Source: Octopus sinensis (Eukaryota). From it: 33,000 bases of DNA. A program made the position numbers and the translations under genes. Shown piece after piece: positions 9,865-21,284 of the stretch. Each line of letters begins with the position of its first letter. Positions within the stretch are counted from its first letter, which is position 1. Location: the NCBI RefSeq assembly GCF_006345805.1, contig NC_042998.1:37448001-37481000 (forward strand), given 5' to 3'. The notes under the pieces are model-generated. The model ran no database searches. It had not been told where the DNA came from and saw nothing but the letters and a program-made list of their open reading frames with translations.

Positions 9865-9925
9865 CGATCATCATCATCATCATCATCATCATATCCTGGT
9901 GATGATGGTGAAGATGGAGATGATG
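9805..9925. repeat. (GAT)n followed by inverted (CAT)n microsatellite
   Basis: Direct reading. Confidence 0.97.
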
Positions 9926-10289
9926 AGAAATAGGAGGGATAAGAAATGGAATATATTTACTGTCCACAAGTCCGACAAATATTGAATGAGAAGACCCTAA
10001 ATGGCGAATTATATAAAGAAATGAAGCAGAAATCTGCGAGATGAGTAACTAAGGCAAAAGAGAAAATAAAACAGGTAAATAATTTTAAATTTCGAAACAA
10101 AAAAAAGTAAAAAACCAAGGAAATGTGAGACTTGTTCTGAGCCTAAAGCATGTTGCCTTGACAGCCGCTGTAAGGAGATTTCGATATTTAGTCCCGCATG
10201 ATTATGTTAAGCAATATGCCACACATCAATCACCCGTGACAGTTTAGCAGAAGATAAATAAGATTAAACAATTTAACAATGTACGAATA

Positions 10290-10662
10290 CGTGTATATAT
10301 ATATATGCACGTGTGTGTTTATGCACATACGCGTGCATATATACCCCTTGTTTGCATAGAGAGATAGGTGGATAATGATTGCCTCACATTCGCAAGGAAC
10401 ACAAACTCGCGCGCAAACACATGTATTTATATACGTATATTACATGCACATACGTGTGCATATATGAGTGTGTGACTATATATATTTATACATATATATA
10501 TATATTTACATATATACATGTACTTATATATAATTATTCGGTATATATGTATGTATGTAATTTCAGTTTGTATTGTTATATACATAAATACATACGCATA
10601 CACATGGACATATATATATATATATGCGCATGCGTGTATACGTACATGTATGTATATATATA

Positions 10663-10696
<34 letters not shown>

Positions 10697-10809
10697 GCAG
10701 TCAATTATGAATGCATTGGCCTCAAGCTAATGAAGTTTGACATTATTTTTTATTTCTTTGTCATTCCACTTTCTTATATATATATACATATGTATATATA
10801 TACATATAC

Positions 10810-10846
<37 letters not shown>

Positions 10847-10935
10847 AACACTTAGACACACACACACATATATATATATATACATACATACATATATAAA
10901 TATATACATATACATGTGTTTGCATGTGTGTGAGA
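10290..10935. repeat. Long degenerate (TA)/(CA)/(TG) alternating purine-pyrimidine region with a short unique island (~10697-10775)
   Basis: Direct reading. Confidence 0.9.
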
Positions 10936-12741
10936 CTGAATGACGAAAGAGGGTAAACAATTCTTATTTTGTCAGTTATATGCTGAGATATGAAAACTCA
11001 CGTAACTTGTAAATTCTGAAGCACATAACCAGCAAATCGCTTAACGAGCGTCCGTATGGATCGAAACACCGTCGACATCTATTCGTCCGACGACAGTAAT
11101 GCGTCGGTATTTGTTGATGACAACAGAAATTTAATCACTCTTCTACTGTTCCTTTGAAACATTGTGAGATGTTAGTCATGTGAATTCCCGAGGCAATTAA
11201 AATTGTAAGTTGAGAAATAAGTAAAACATCGTAAAGGAAAAAAAAGATTATGTAACAATAAACCAAAGTAGAAGTACAAAAATATTTGGCCATTAAACAA
11301 TAGGAAATTGCGGAAGTACTTTCAAGTGGCTTGTAGAAAAGTTCAATTAAAATTGTACACAAAAGGAGTTTAAAAAAATTAATTCCCTAATCTAAAGTAG
11401 TACACGTATATGAAAGAATTTCTGTTGCATGTAAGTAGACGGCTGTAGAGATAAGTAACAAAAGAACCATTAAATAAGAAAGCTAGAGCTAAACGGCAAC
11501 ATGTATTCAAACAGTAAAACAGGATTAATTAATGCCCCTCCTACACTTTCATAATGTATTGTCTTGTTAGTATCGAAGAAAGCAGAGTATTGGCTTTGCC
11601 AGAGATTTTGTTTGATTCTTTTTGGTGTTATTTTTTTGCACGTGTTATATTCATGCGATAATGCTATCCTTAATCAAGCAATAATGTATAAGTACGGCTA
11701 TTGTTGTAGCAAGTTGGAAATAGCAAACTTTTGCAGCATTGAATTATCACATATCTTATAGAGAACAAATGTCTTTCTTTTTTCTTCTTTTTATGAGATA
11801 TTAATAAAAAGGGGAAACAAACACAAATGTATTTAAATATATATTGTGCATGGCAAAATTTTTTTTAAGTAAAATTAGCGCCCAAGAGACATTTACGAAA
11901 ATTAATATTGGTAGAAAGAAAACGCCACAGCATTAGCAAACAGAAGATTATTCATTGTTCATAACATTACTAGAATTCAGGTTTCTTCAGTCACTCGATA
12001 ATAATTACCATATTTTGCTTATTTTGCTTCGGAACTGCTATTGATCCGTTGATTTGATCCGTTCTATGTACAATATCCTAAATGGTGTATCATTCAGGTT
12101 TATTAAAGTCATAAAAAAAAATCAGCGAACAATTTTTGCAAGAAAGCCACAAAAATTCTGCTCAAGGGACATATTAATATACGAACATTTTCCTTCAACA
12201 TTCTTTAACATTCTTCGCACCCTGACGACATTAATATAACTTTCGACAGGAACATCTTCCAAAAGAATATGCAAACATAGTCTAAATAAAATAATTGGTT
12301 TCTTACTCAACATCATATCATTGACAGTATGTCACACGAAAAAGACGTCTGAGGCTAAAGGGAGACTGTTTTACGTATGCAACATCCTCAAGCAATGTAC
12401 AAGAACAAGGATAAGCTTAGCTCAATGTCTTTATAACGAGTTCAATATTATAAAATGCATTAAAGAAATAAATCGGTTATTAAAGGTAGAATAATATAAA
12501 AAAAGAGGGAAAAAATTAGGAGACAATTATGCAGCGCGGAATTTTGTCAGTGATCAGGTCGCGGTCTGAAAACCACGAAAATATTTTGGCAAATATTTGT
12601 CTGTGTTATCTTACTACGAGGTTTTCGTTGGATATCCACCTCTTTTTTAGGTTTAGTAATTTTACTATTTCCTGTTATGCATTCATGGTTTGTATGCTCC
12701 ATTGGGGGTCTACATTTGATGCTATGCATAAGGCGGCGATC

Positions 12742-12935
12742 TGACAGAAACGTTATCACGCCCGGCGAAGTGCTTAGCGTATTTCGTCTGTCTTTACCTT
12801 CTGAGTTCAAGTTCCGCCGAGGTCGACTTTGCCTTTCATCCTGTCGGGGTCGATAAATTAAGTACGAGTTGCGTACTGGGATCCAACTAATCGACTGGCC
12901 GCCCTCCACTAAAAATTTCGGGTCTTGTGCCTAAA
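12742..12935 (+). mobile_element. tRNA-derived SINE, family M
   Basis: Head ctgacagaaacgttatcacgcccggcgaa...gagttcaagttcc (B box), central gactttgcctttcatcctgtcggggtcgataaattaagtac. Homologous to 1-145 and 13691-13925 in opposite orientation. Confidence 0.88.
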
Positions 12936-13484
12936 GCAGAAAAGAATATTTGATGCCATGCATGTTAAGTTTTAGAAGTTAATGCTATCTATGTGAGTCT
13001 AAGTTCGCTGCTGTTTCTACTTGTTGCATGTAAAATAATAAAAGGCGTCTTAACGTTATTTCCGTTTCTATGGGAATTATCGATTTTTCAGGTATGGTAT
13101 ACCTTTTCATCCAGTGGAATGTTGCTAATCTCTTCCTTAAATCTAATTCGTTCCTGTGATTAGGCGTAATATTCGGCGTTGTCGATGAAATTGATTCGTT
13201 TGCCGATAATTTAGATATTAATGGAAATATTTTTAACTAGATTATCTCTTGCAAATCTAGAAAGATTGGATAATATGTGTATGAGGGATGAATTTTGGTT
13301 CAGCTTGTGGTAAGGACGATACAAGCCACTAGTCGCGTGTAAAATAAATTCTAGAAAATTTACCTTTTTAGCATAAATGCAGAGTGATAATAATTCTTAA
13401 GAAAAGAGATTTTATGGCGAATTGTCCCTTTACACCTAGCATGAATTTAACGTGTTTCCCTAACTGGCTTTAATACAGTTCCTA

Positions 13485-13538
13485 TATATATATATATATA
13501 TATATAAACGTATATTTATATATATATATATAAACGTA

Positions 13539-13573
<35 letters not shown>

Positions 13574-13690
13574 TCACACACATATATATATAAATATATA
13601 CACTCACACACATATATATATATACGTACACACACATCTACACACACACACACACACTCACGCATATATATATATATATATATATATAAC
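13485..13690. repeat. (TA)/(CA) compound microsatellite with higher-order duplications
   Basis: aaacgtatattt repeated at 26-bp period (13506, 13532); cactcacacacatatatata at 30-bp period (13571, 13601). Confidence 0.95.
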
Positions 13691-13922
13691 TTATTTCTTT
13701 ATTACCCACAAGGGGCTAAACACAGAGATGACAAACAAGGACAGACAAACGGATTAAGCCGATTACATCGACCCCAGTGCGTAACTGGTACTCATTTAAT
13801 CGACCTCGAAAGGATGAAAGGCAAAGTCGACCTCGGCGGAATTTGAACTCAGAATGTAGCGGCAGACGAAATACTGCTAAACACTTTGCCCGGCGTGCTA
13901 ACCTTTCTACCAGCTCGCCGCC

Positions 13923-13925
<3 letters not shown>
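13691..13925 (-). mobile_element. tRNA-derived SINE, family M, near full length
   Basis: Minus strand: aaggcggcgagctggtagaaaggttagc (A-box-like)...gagttcaaattcc (B box)...gactttgcctttcatcctttcgaggtcgattaaatgagtacc...gggtaataaagaaataa. Flanked by (TA)n and (CA)n. Confidence 0.9.

Positions 13926-14014
<89 letters not shown>
13926..14014. repeat. (CA)n-(TA)n microsatellite
   Basis: Direct reading. Confidence 0.98.
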
Positions 14015-14015
<1 letters not shown>

Positions 14016-14039
14016 CTGTAACATTGTTCCCTTTCCTGG

Positions 14040-14760
14040 GACTTCCCCATTCAGTTGAGGCGTACACGGTGACTAGTCTGAAAGCACCACTTTCGCTGCT
14101 GCTCCCATCAAGGAACACCATCATACACTCCGGGTCCAGGAAGGTGGTTCCTACCTCGAAATCCAGGCTTTTCCTAAGCAGCAGAGCTACTCCACCCCCT
14201 CCCAATTCCAAGCCGACTAAGTGAAGCATAGACCTCAAAATCATCGAAAATCGTGTGTCAGTAATCTTGGTTTCGCTGATGGCCGTCGCTTCTATCTGAA
14301 GTCGTTGAGCTGGCGCCCCTGTTACTAGGGCGACCCCAGCGCAAGAATATTTACCCAGCCCACTCTACTCAATCCCAATCAGAAAGGGCTGTGAAAAAGG
14401 AAAAGAGCGATGTTACTTACCCTACCGGAGCATCTGGTGACCGGATGGCCTGACCTCCGGATCTGGTGGGAGTTTCTCCTCCCGACGCTATTAGTGGCCC
14501 TGTAACCCTGGCACCCGATCTGGTTGTGGTTCCTCTAGGAAGCACTGCAAAAGTCTATTCGTGACCCTAACTTTAGGATTTCGCACCTCATTCGGGAAAG
14601 CCTCCCTAATGTCTGTGTAACTCTTTAGTGGCAACCATACCAGCATCAAACTTTCCGGAACCCCAAGGATGCTGGTGTCATGTATTGAACCCTATCTTTC
14701 ATGCGGTCAATCAAATTTTTGTTGACTCTCCGCACCAGAACGAAATTTGGAGTTTTTCAG
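14040..14760 (-). mobile_element. L1/Tx1-like non-LTR retrotransposon remnant: probable ORF1 tail plus ORF2 APE endonuclease N-terminus (pseudogene)
   Basis: Minus translation LSRVGWVNILALGSP**QGRQLNDFR(fs)EATAISETK...GGGGVALLLRKSLDF...FRLVTVYAST (14375 to 14045) matches APE motifs (xNxxGL, xSET, GGVAxL, xVYAP). Upstream 14400-14760 is a degenerate Pro/Arg-rich frame consistent with an ORF1 C-terminus (weaker evidence). Confidence 0.75.
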
Positions 14761-14769
14761 TTGACTGCT

Positions 14770-14779
14770 GTGTGTATGT

Positions 14780-14810
<31 letters not shown>

Positions 14811-14844
14811 TGTGTGTGTGTGTGTGTATGTGTGTGTGTGTGTG

Positions 14845-14914
<70 letters not shown>

Positions 14915-14925
14915 TTGTGTGTGTG
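14770..14925. repeat. (GA)n-(GT)n compound microsatellite
   Basis: Direct reading. Confidence 0.98.
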
Positions 14926-14949
14926 CTTTGATTTTGGGGTGTGGTGAAG

Positions 14950-15500
14950 ATGCAACAGTGTTGACGTGGCCGATGGGGGCCGATGCTTTTAGACATTCTA
15001 TGGTTGGTGTGAGGCGAGGTACGTTTTTTGCGTTGTCTTATGGCTGGTTTTGCTTTTTGGGGTTCCTTCTGGCCTTCGCAACGCAATGTGGAACCTCCAG
15101 TGTCTGTGGAATTAGTTTGGGGGTATGTGAATCTGCTTGTGTTAGTGTGTGGGAGACACTCTAGGTAATCATCTCTAATGTCTTTGTGCTTCACCTGAAA
15201 ATGAGGCTGCATGTGCGACTTAGTGTCCCAATTGTTGCTGTTATGCTTTGGAGGTGGGAGTGGCCTCCTGCCTCCTGTCTTTTGGTAGGTATATAGCCCT
15301 GAGGTGGCTTGTGGCCCCACAAATGTCGCACATAGGCTTTCTGCCTTCTACTATAACACGCTGTATAAGGCCTGAGATTCTTTTCATGTTTTACGGCTTT
15401 ACATGGGGCAGAATTTCAAATGTTATCCGGGACCAGTTTTCCCTGCAGCTGCAGGTTCCCTTTAGAAGTGACTCCCAATCGTATACCACGCTCGCTACGT
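14950..15500 (-). mobile_element. Non-LTR retrotransposon ORF1 (gag-like) remnant with degenerate CCHC knuckle
   Basis: Minus frame VIVEGRKPMCDICGATSHLRAIY (~15370-15295) fits CX2CX4HX4(C), followed by a low-complexity Pro/Thr/Lys-rich frame. Confidence 0.55.
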
Positions 15501-15659
15501 TCAACTAGTCATCCATTGCACTCAGAAAATGCCGCATCTTGTGTAAAGAACGCAAACACACAAGATGTCATCGTCATCATCACCATTACCATCGGCATCA
15601 GCGACAATCATGGTAACATTGAGGGTGGAAATAAAGAAATACTGTCCATTACGGGGCAA

Positions 15660-16020
15660 AAACAATCAACGAATGCCTACTAGAATGTTCCTGATGTTCT
15701 TATTGCCAGTTTATAACAAAAAATATATAACATGACAGCTACGAGAGTCAAGCATAAAGATTATCCCTATTGTCATGGGAGCATTGGGTTCAATACCACC
15801 CAATCTGAAAGAAACATCAGGAAACTTTAGAATTACTCTATAATCTTGGTGTATTAGAGAAGACGGCATTACTTGGAACTGCACGCATATTACGTAAAGT
15901 ACTGTTTGTCTGAGGTTCTTGTTGTGGTTTGACAGACGGTACAAATCCCCAGAAGACACAATATCTTCAATGAACAACCTCACGATATTGTATACTGTGC
16001 GACGTCTTAAATAATAATAA
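15660..16020 (+). mobile_element. R4/Dong-like LINE 3' end (RLE C-terminus + 3' UTR + AAT tail)
   Basis: KIIPIVMGALGSIPPNLKE...LGVLEKTALLGTAHILRKVLFV* (stop 15911-15913), ~95-nt UTR, then aataataataa. Confidence 0.85.
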
Positions 16021-16024
16021 TGCT

Positions 16025-16190
16025 AAGAAGAAGAAGAAGGAGGAGGAGGAGGAGGAGAAGGAGGAGGAGGGGAAGGAGAAGAAGGATGAGGAGGAGAAGG
16101 AGAAGGAGAAGAAGGAGGAGTTGGAGGAGGAGGAGGAGGAGGAGAAGGAGAAGAAAAAGAAGAAGAAGAAGAAGAAGAAGAAGAAGAAGA
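16025..16190. repeat. Near-pure polypurine (GAA/GGA)n tract
   Basis: Direct reading; only a few T residues in ~165 nt. Confidence 0.97.
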
Positions 16191-16209
16191 ATTGACAAGA
16201 GAGCAGATC

Positions 16210-16340
16210 AAGTCCCCAAAAATTGAGCTGTTGGGGACAGCTTTCATTCTGAGTCTGGTACTTGGATGCTAAATGTCTTCCATTATAATTAATAACCTAA
16301 GTATCAAAGCTTATATTGCGCTGAAAGTGACCTTGTTTGA
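16210..16340 (+). mobile_element. Short R4/Dong-like extreme 3' fragment
   Basis: PKIELLGTAFILSLVLGC* resembles the QKxALLGTAxILRxVL terminus seen in the other copies in this window. Confidence 0.5.
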
Positions 16341-16619
16341 CCTCTGACAATAGGCTGCTGTCCGCTCTCACAGAATCAACAAGAGCAAACAAGACCGGGC
16401 GCTCTGAGAATTAAAACAATAATATTAAGCGTCAGGCTGGGTGCAAGAAAGAAATGTCAAGCAATTATATAACACCAAGTATAAAGCAAGTAAAAAAAAA
16501 TTGTTCTGCAGAAGTGGTGGATGAAATCACATATGAGATATTGATAATACATGATGAAGAGAAAAGCTGTCGGGGAAAGAGCATTAGAATGTAAAATGAG
16601 CTAATATTTGACAAGGTTG

Positions 16620-17900
16620 TTTTGAGAAATTACAGAACAAGATTTAAAGATTTTTGACGAAAGCAAGAACCATATGTAATATGTAGTGGAAGTTGTAAGA
16701 ATATTCTGTAACGAGATACGGATGAATGTCGGAATCGTAAAATAAGCAATGATGAATTTGAAGCGAAGAAATTCCATAAAATCTACTGGAATATACCTAT
16801 CTAATGGCAGAAATAAGAAATCATTAAACACTGAACGAATACAAATATATAGGGAAAGCCATTACATAATAACACAATCAAAGTTACACAAAATGAAGGA
16901 AACCCTCAATAAAAAATATTTCCGGAGAAAAAAGATAAAATTGGAGGTGTACTCAGCAGGCAAGAGATTTGATCTGAAAATGTGTATTCATGAAGATAAT
17001 AAAATATAAATTGAATGCGGGGAAGACCATAGAATCAGTCGATCTGCGGGTGGTAGCCGGAATACAGTAAGGAACAGAAATAATTGAATGGAGAAAGGAT
17101 AGCCTCAATTATATCGACAGAGGAAAAGAGAAAAACGCTCACTGTGCTTGAAATGTAGTGTTGGTCGGTTATACTGGAAATGAAGAGAAGAAAAAGTAGA
17201 GTTAATGCGGTGGCAGAACAAGAACAGAGATGTCAAGTTTTCTGTCAAGAAGAAAGCAAAGACAAATATTTCTTAAACCCACAGAAGTGAAAAACTGTTT
17301 ATACTAAGTTCGCGACTCAAAAATATACGAAAAAGTATATATAAAAGGGAAATTTAAACATTCAGAGAAATAAATCACATTCAGCAATCTTCAAAAGAAC
17401 ACGAAATAAAGGGATAAGAACAACAGCTAAAAGGGAGTACAGAAGGAGGAAACCTTAGAAATGATCCAGAACAAAAATTAAGCTTAAATTGGATAAAGAA
17501 CCCCTTATATCGATAATACTACTTACACAAATGCATAATTTGTAATGATTCAGGTAGGGCCATTGATCATATTCTATCAGAAAATTAACATCTGGTCAAG
17601 AATGAATAGAAACAGCGAAACACGATAAGATTAGTGCAACAATACACGCGGTTTTCGCAGGAAATATGGTTTTGTGATGAAAAAAGATGTTATACATTGT
17701 ATGGGAATCGAAGTGCAAGGCCTTAAAATATTTGAAGTGCGAATGTTGGGGATTTTTCCATAAAAACCTAAGGGAGACTTTTGCACAAGGAACAGGTAAT
17801 TGTCATCATCGACAACAGGAATAAACGATGTATTGAAATCAAATGGTGCCATTTGAGAACGAAGTAAGAAGAAAAGAAAGGGAAAATGATGATCGTTAAA
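16620..17900 (+). mobile_element. Old, highly degenerate R4/Dong-like ORF remnant (RT C-terminus to RLE endonuclease)
   Basis: QDLKIFDESKN..VVEVVRIFCNEIRMNVGIVK*AMMNLKRRNSIKSTGIYLSNG...KMKETLNKKYFRRKK; KLNAGKTIESV...EIIEWRKDSLNYIDR; GDFSIKT..LHKEQVIVIIDNRNKRCIEI. Colinear with the better-preserved copy at 28075-30045. Confidence 0.7.
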
Positions 17901-18029
17901 CATTCTTCAATTTATGAAACCAAATTCAGTCGCAAAAATGTTAACATTGCCGTGATACTATTGATTGATTTGGGGTCATTGGGACAACAGCAATAACAAC
18001 AATAATCCTGTCTACTAAAGGCGCAAGAC

Positions 18030-18637
18030 CTGCCTTTAGCCTTGAGCTCCCTAGTCACCGATGGATGTACTTCCGGTTTCCATCAGCTTCTTTGCTACGG
18101 GCCACATATTTGCCATGCACAGGTTTTTGTTCCCACCTATCAGCCAATTGTTCAAAGGTATTTTGCTTTGCAATTGATTTCACCTTCTTTGCAACTACAG
18201 TTGTTGCATCCGCCCCTCCCATGCAATTCAACCTGGGTATTATGCATAAACCCACTTGGAAATTTTTTTGTGCTCCTTTATAAAAGAATGAAGCTTCTTA
18301 CGTCTTTTATGGTTTCAATGAACTTTAGTATCCAATCGTGAGATGTTTCAAGATATTTTACCAGTCCAGTTGTTGTAGTTTTGTAGAACATTTCAAGTTG
18401 ATCAAGCCTCTGCCTTCTTTGAGCTCTGGATAGTTAAAGACGATCTTCATCTGACTTTGGGTGGTGCAAGTCAGCAGCTGACGGATTTTCCTCCCAATCT
18501 TCCTTATTTCGCTCATATTCCAGTTCAAAACATTGAAACTGCAAATAACAAGAGGAACTGCTAAGGAGCTAACACCGTGTTACGTGCAATTAACAGGGAT
18601 TTTAGGACTGCTCGAACTCTCCTGTAGCATTCCTTCC

Positions 18638-18640
<3 letters not shown>
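18030..18640 (-). mobile_element. R4/Dong-like LINE internal fragment (post-RT region)
   Basis: RKECYRRVRAVLKS...FNVLNWNMSEIRKIGRKIRQLL...HPKSDEDRL...GRGLIQLEMFYK...RWEQKPVHGKY...LGSSRLKA (with frameshifts). 5' end abuts the (TAA)n array. Confidence 0.85.
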
Positions 18641-18684
<44 letters not shown>

Positions 18685-18774
18685 TATTATTATTATTATT
18701 ATCATTGTTATTGTTGTTGTTGTTATTATTTTTTATTATTGCCTTTTGTTGTTGTTAGTAATAATAATAATAAC

Positions 18775-18838
<64 letters not shown>

Positions 18839-18852
18839 GCAATAATAATAGT
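18639..18852. repeat. (TTA)n/(GTT)n followed by inverted (TAA)n array
   Basis: Direct reading. Confidence 0.97.
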
Positions 18853-19020
18853 TTTAAGTTTCGGCACAAGGCCAGCAATTTCAGAATTGGGAGTAAGTCG
18901 ATCAATCGCCCTCAGTGCTGGATAAATATTTAAAGAGAAAAAGGCAAAGGTTACCTCGACGGAATTGGAACTCAGATTATGAACTCAGTCGAAATACCAG
19001 AAAGCATTTCGACCGGCGGG
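18853..19020 (-). mobile_element. Degenerate SINE, family M
   Basis: aggcaaagg.tacctcgacggaattggaactcaga...gaaatacc...agcatttcgaccggcg aligns to 13691-13925. ggcacaaggcc aligns to the distal end of 12742-12935. Confidence 0.65.
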
Positions 19021-21004
19021 GAGAGGGGTCAGTAAATTATCACGATATTTTATCGACCCCACTCCTCGATATTGTATCGATCTCGAAAGAATAATAGACA
19101 AATTTGTTTGCTGTTTGAGTAGAGCTGTTCAAAACTACTGATCAAGTGACTTCCATCACCATTCAAAAATGAAATCTTCTTTAGGGTGTCGGACCCATCA
19201 TTTTATGGCGGGTCCAACTCTTTCTGGGGCATATTACGTTACGCTCTTCTTAAAATATTGTTCCCGTCAGTCAAACGTAGCAGACATAGGTTTTCATTTT
19301 CGTGTTAACAGAAATTCATCATATAACATCATAGAAACTCCTGTAAAGTTTGTCACATCTGATGTTCAGATCCTGTTTTTATGAATCGATGAAGTCTTAT
19401 TTTATTGGTTTTTTTTTTACACACTTCGAATCTATGACCATTATACCATATGATTCAACATTAATATGTATATTATTTCTCTTTGCTTTGTAAGTCATTT
19501 TCATCTTCTATTTCGTTAGCAGAATAATTTGCTCTGCCGATTCTTCTTTTGAATATACTTTCCGTTTTCTTAAATAATTTTCACACAAGACACAAGAGAA
19601 ATGTCATACATTTTGCTATCACACATGCTTCCTCTCTGCTTCCATACAACAACACCAACATCTTTCTCTTAATTATCGTGCATATCATTCCCCATCACAA
19701 ATACAGTCTACCAAAACTAATAATTATTTCCGTATAATTCCGTGTTTGTGGTATTTGTTTTCGTTTCTCTAACTATTCATTCTCCACCCGCAACGGACAA
19801 TCTTTTGTCTTCATACATGTTTACTGCTTAACTTCTTTGTCTTCTAATTGTCCATTCAATCTAAACAAACTGTAGCAATTATTCGTACGTTTTATCAGTT
19901 CTGATCACATAAAGCAGTTCGTAACTTATTTTCAGCATATTTTCTGTACATTACCAATCAGTGTACACCTTGTGTTTAACATTTATTCAAAAAATACTAC
20001 ACTCAATGTATTACTCTCAATACATTTCTATTTTCACATTATGTTGACGTAAGATGGTTAATTTATTCAGGACACAGAACAATTCATTTGTTCATTGTCG
20101 AAGCCAATATTTTGGTAATCCAATCAAACATATTTCTGAGAATATTTATAACCATATTTTTAATAATCATAAGCATTCCATATATACGGATACGTATGTA
20201 AGGATTTGCGTTTCTATATAAAATACACACACCTATTGCACACACGCCTATGTAATATGTCGTATACGCATATCAGTTATTATATTGACGGTTTTTGAAA
20301 TATCTATTTTGTTTATGGATATTAATAGATTGCGTTGTATAATGATCTTTGCTGCTGTAATCCTACAGTGACAATTGGAAAGCACTCGATTAATCCCGAG
20401 AAGCTTCTTGTATGAATTCATCTAAACTTATAAATCACGAAAATATTTCCTTATGATTCAACATAAGGAATTTTGTTTAGAAAGAAATGTGCTTTAATGC
20501 AATAAACAATTATCAAGGACGTGCCGACACTCATCATCCAATTCGGATATTGGCTGTGATATCTAGATTGTTCTCCAATAAGACAATAGCACATATTTTC
20601 AGAGATATTTAGTCACTTATTCAAACAGGTCTAGCGTTCAAATAGTGAATTCCTCGTCGCTTCGAAGAAGAATTCCTTACGTTGTATTCCTATCAGTTAT
20701 TCGTGTGCGTTGATGCTAATATAGCGAGGTGTCATTATCCTTGGTTTTTCACACCAGCAGATAATCATGATTTCAGTTTACATTCGATAATCTCATCATA
20801 TATTCATCTTGTCTTTATGATTTCCCTTCGGTCTGTTCTTATATCTCGATGGTCACACGCTTCTGAGTAACACCGTAACAGGCTGGCGTCCCCTTCCGGT
20901 GCTGGCATTGCGCTCAGCCACGTACACGCTTTGGAACCCAGGTAATCAAGCACTCGAGGCAGTGATATCCACCAGTTGCTGTTACTGTTGTTGTTGTGGT
21001 TGTT

Positions 21005-21009
21005 GATGT

Positions 21010-21048
<39 letters not shown>
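21005..21048. repeat. (GAT)n microsatellite
   Basis: Direct reading. Confidence 0.97.
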
Positions 21049-21049
<1 letters not shown>

Positions 21050-21180
21050 ATACAGAAGGTGATTTGTAAATTCGTATGATGGTTTCCTTCAGAAGATGTG
21101 TTAATGGAGTAGAACAAGGGAGGAGGGTGTGTGTGCGTATGTGTGTTTTAAGGAGTCAACGTGGAAGATTTTTCTTCGCA

Positions 21181-21193
21181 TTATTATTATTAC

Positions 21194-21281
<88 letters not shown>

Positions 21282-21284
21282 TAT
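21181..21284. repeat. (TTA)n array (3' tail/target of the adjacent LINE)
   Basis: Direct reading. Confidence 0.98.

Noticed and set aside
14757-15320. 187-aa minus-strand ORF as a host gene
   Set aside because: Explained by low-complexity LINE ORF1 remnant plus (CA)/(CT) repeat read-through.
19190-19217. Small hairpin ggacccat...atggcgggtcc (about 19190-19217)
   Set aside because: Single short stem with no supporting context; chance-level.
19550-19720. Cys-spaced minus-strand fragments reminiscent of a piggyBac C-terminal cysteine-rich domain
   Set aside because: Requires several frameshifts and no piggyBac core motif or TTAA-bounded TIR was found.
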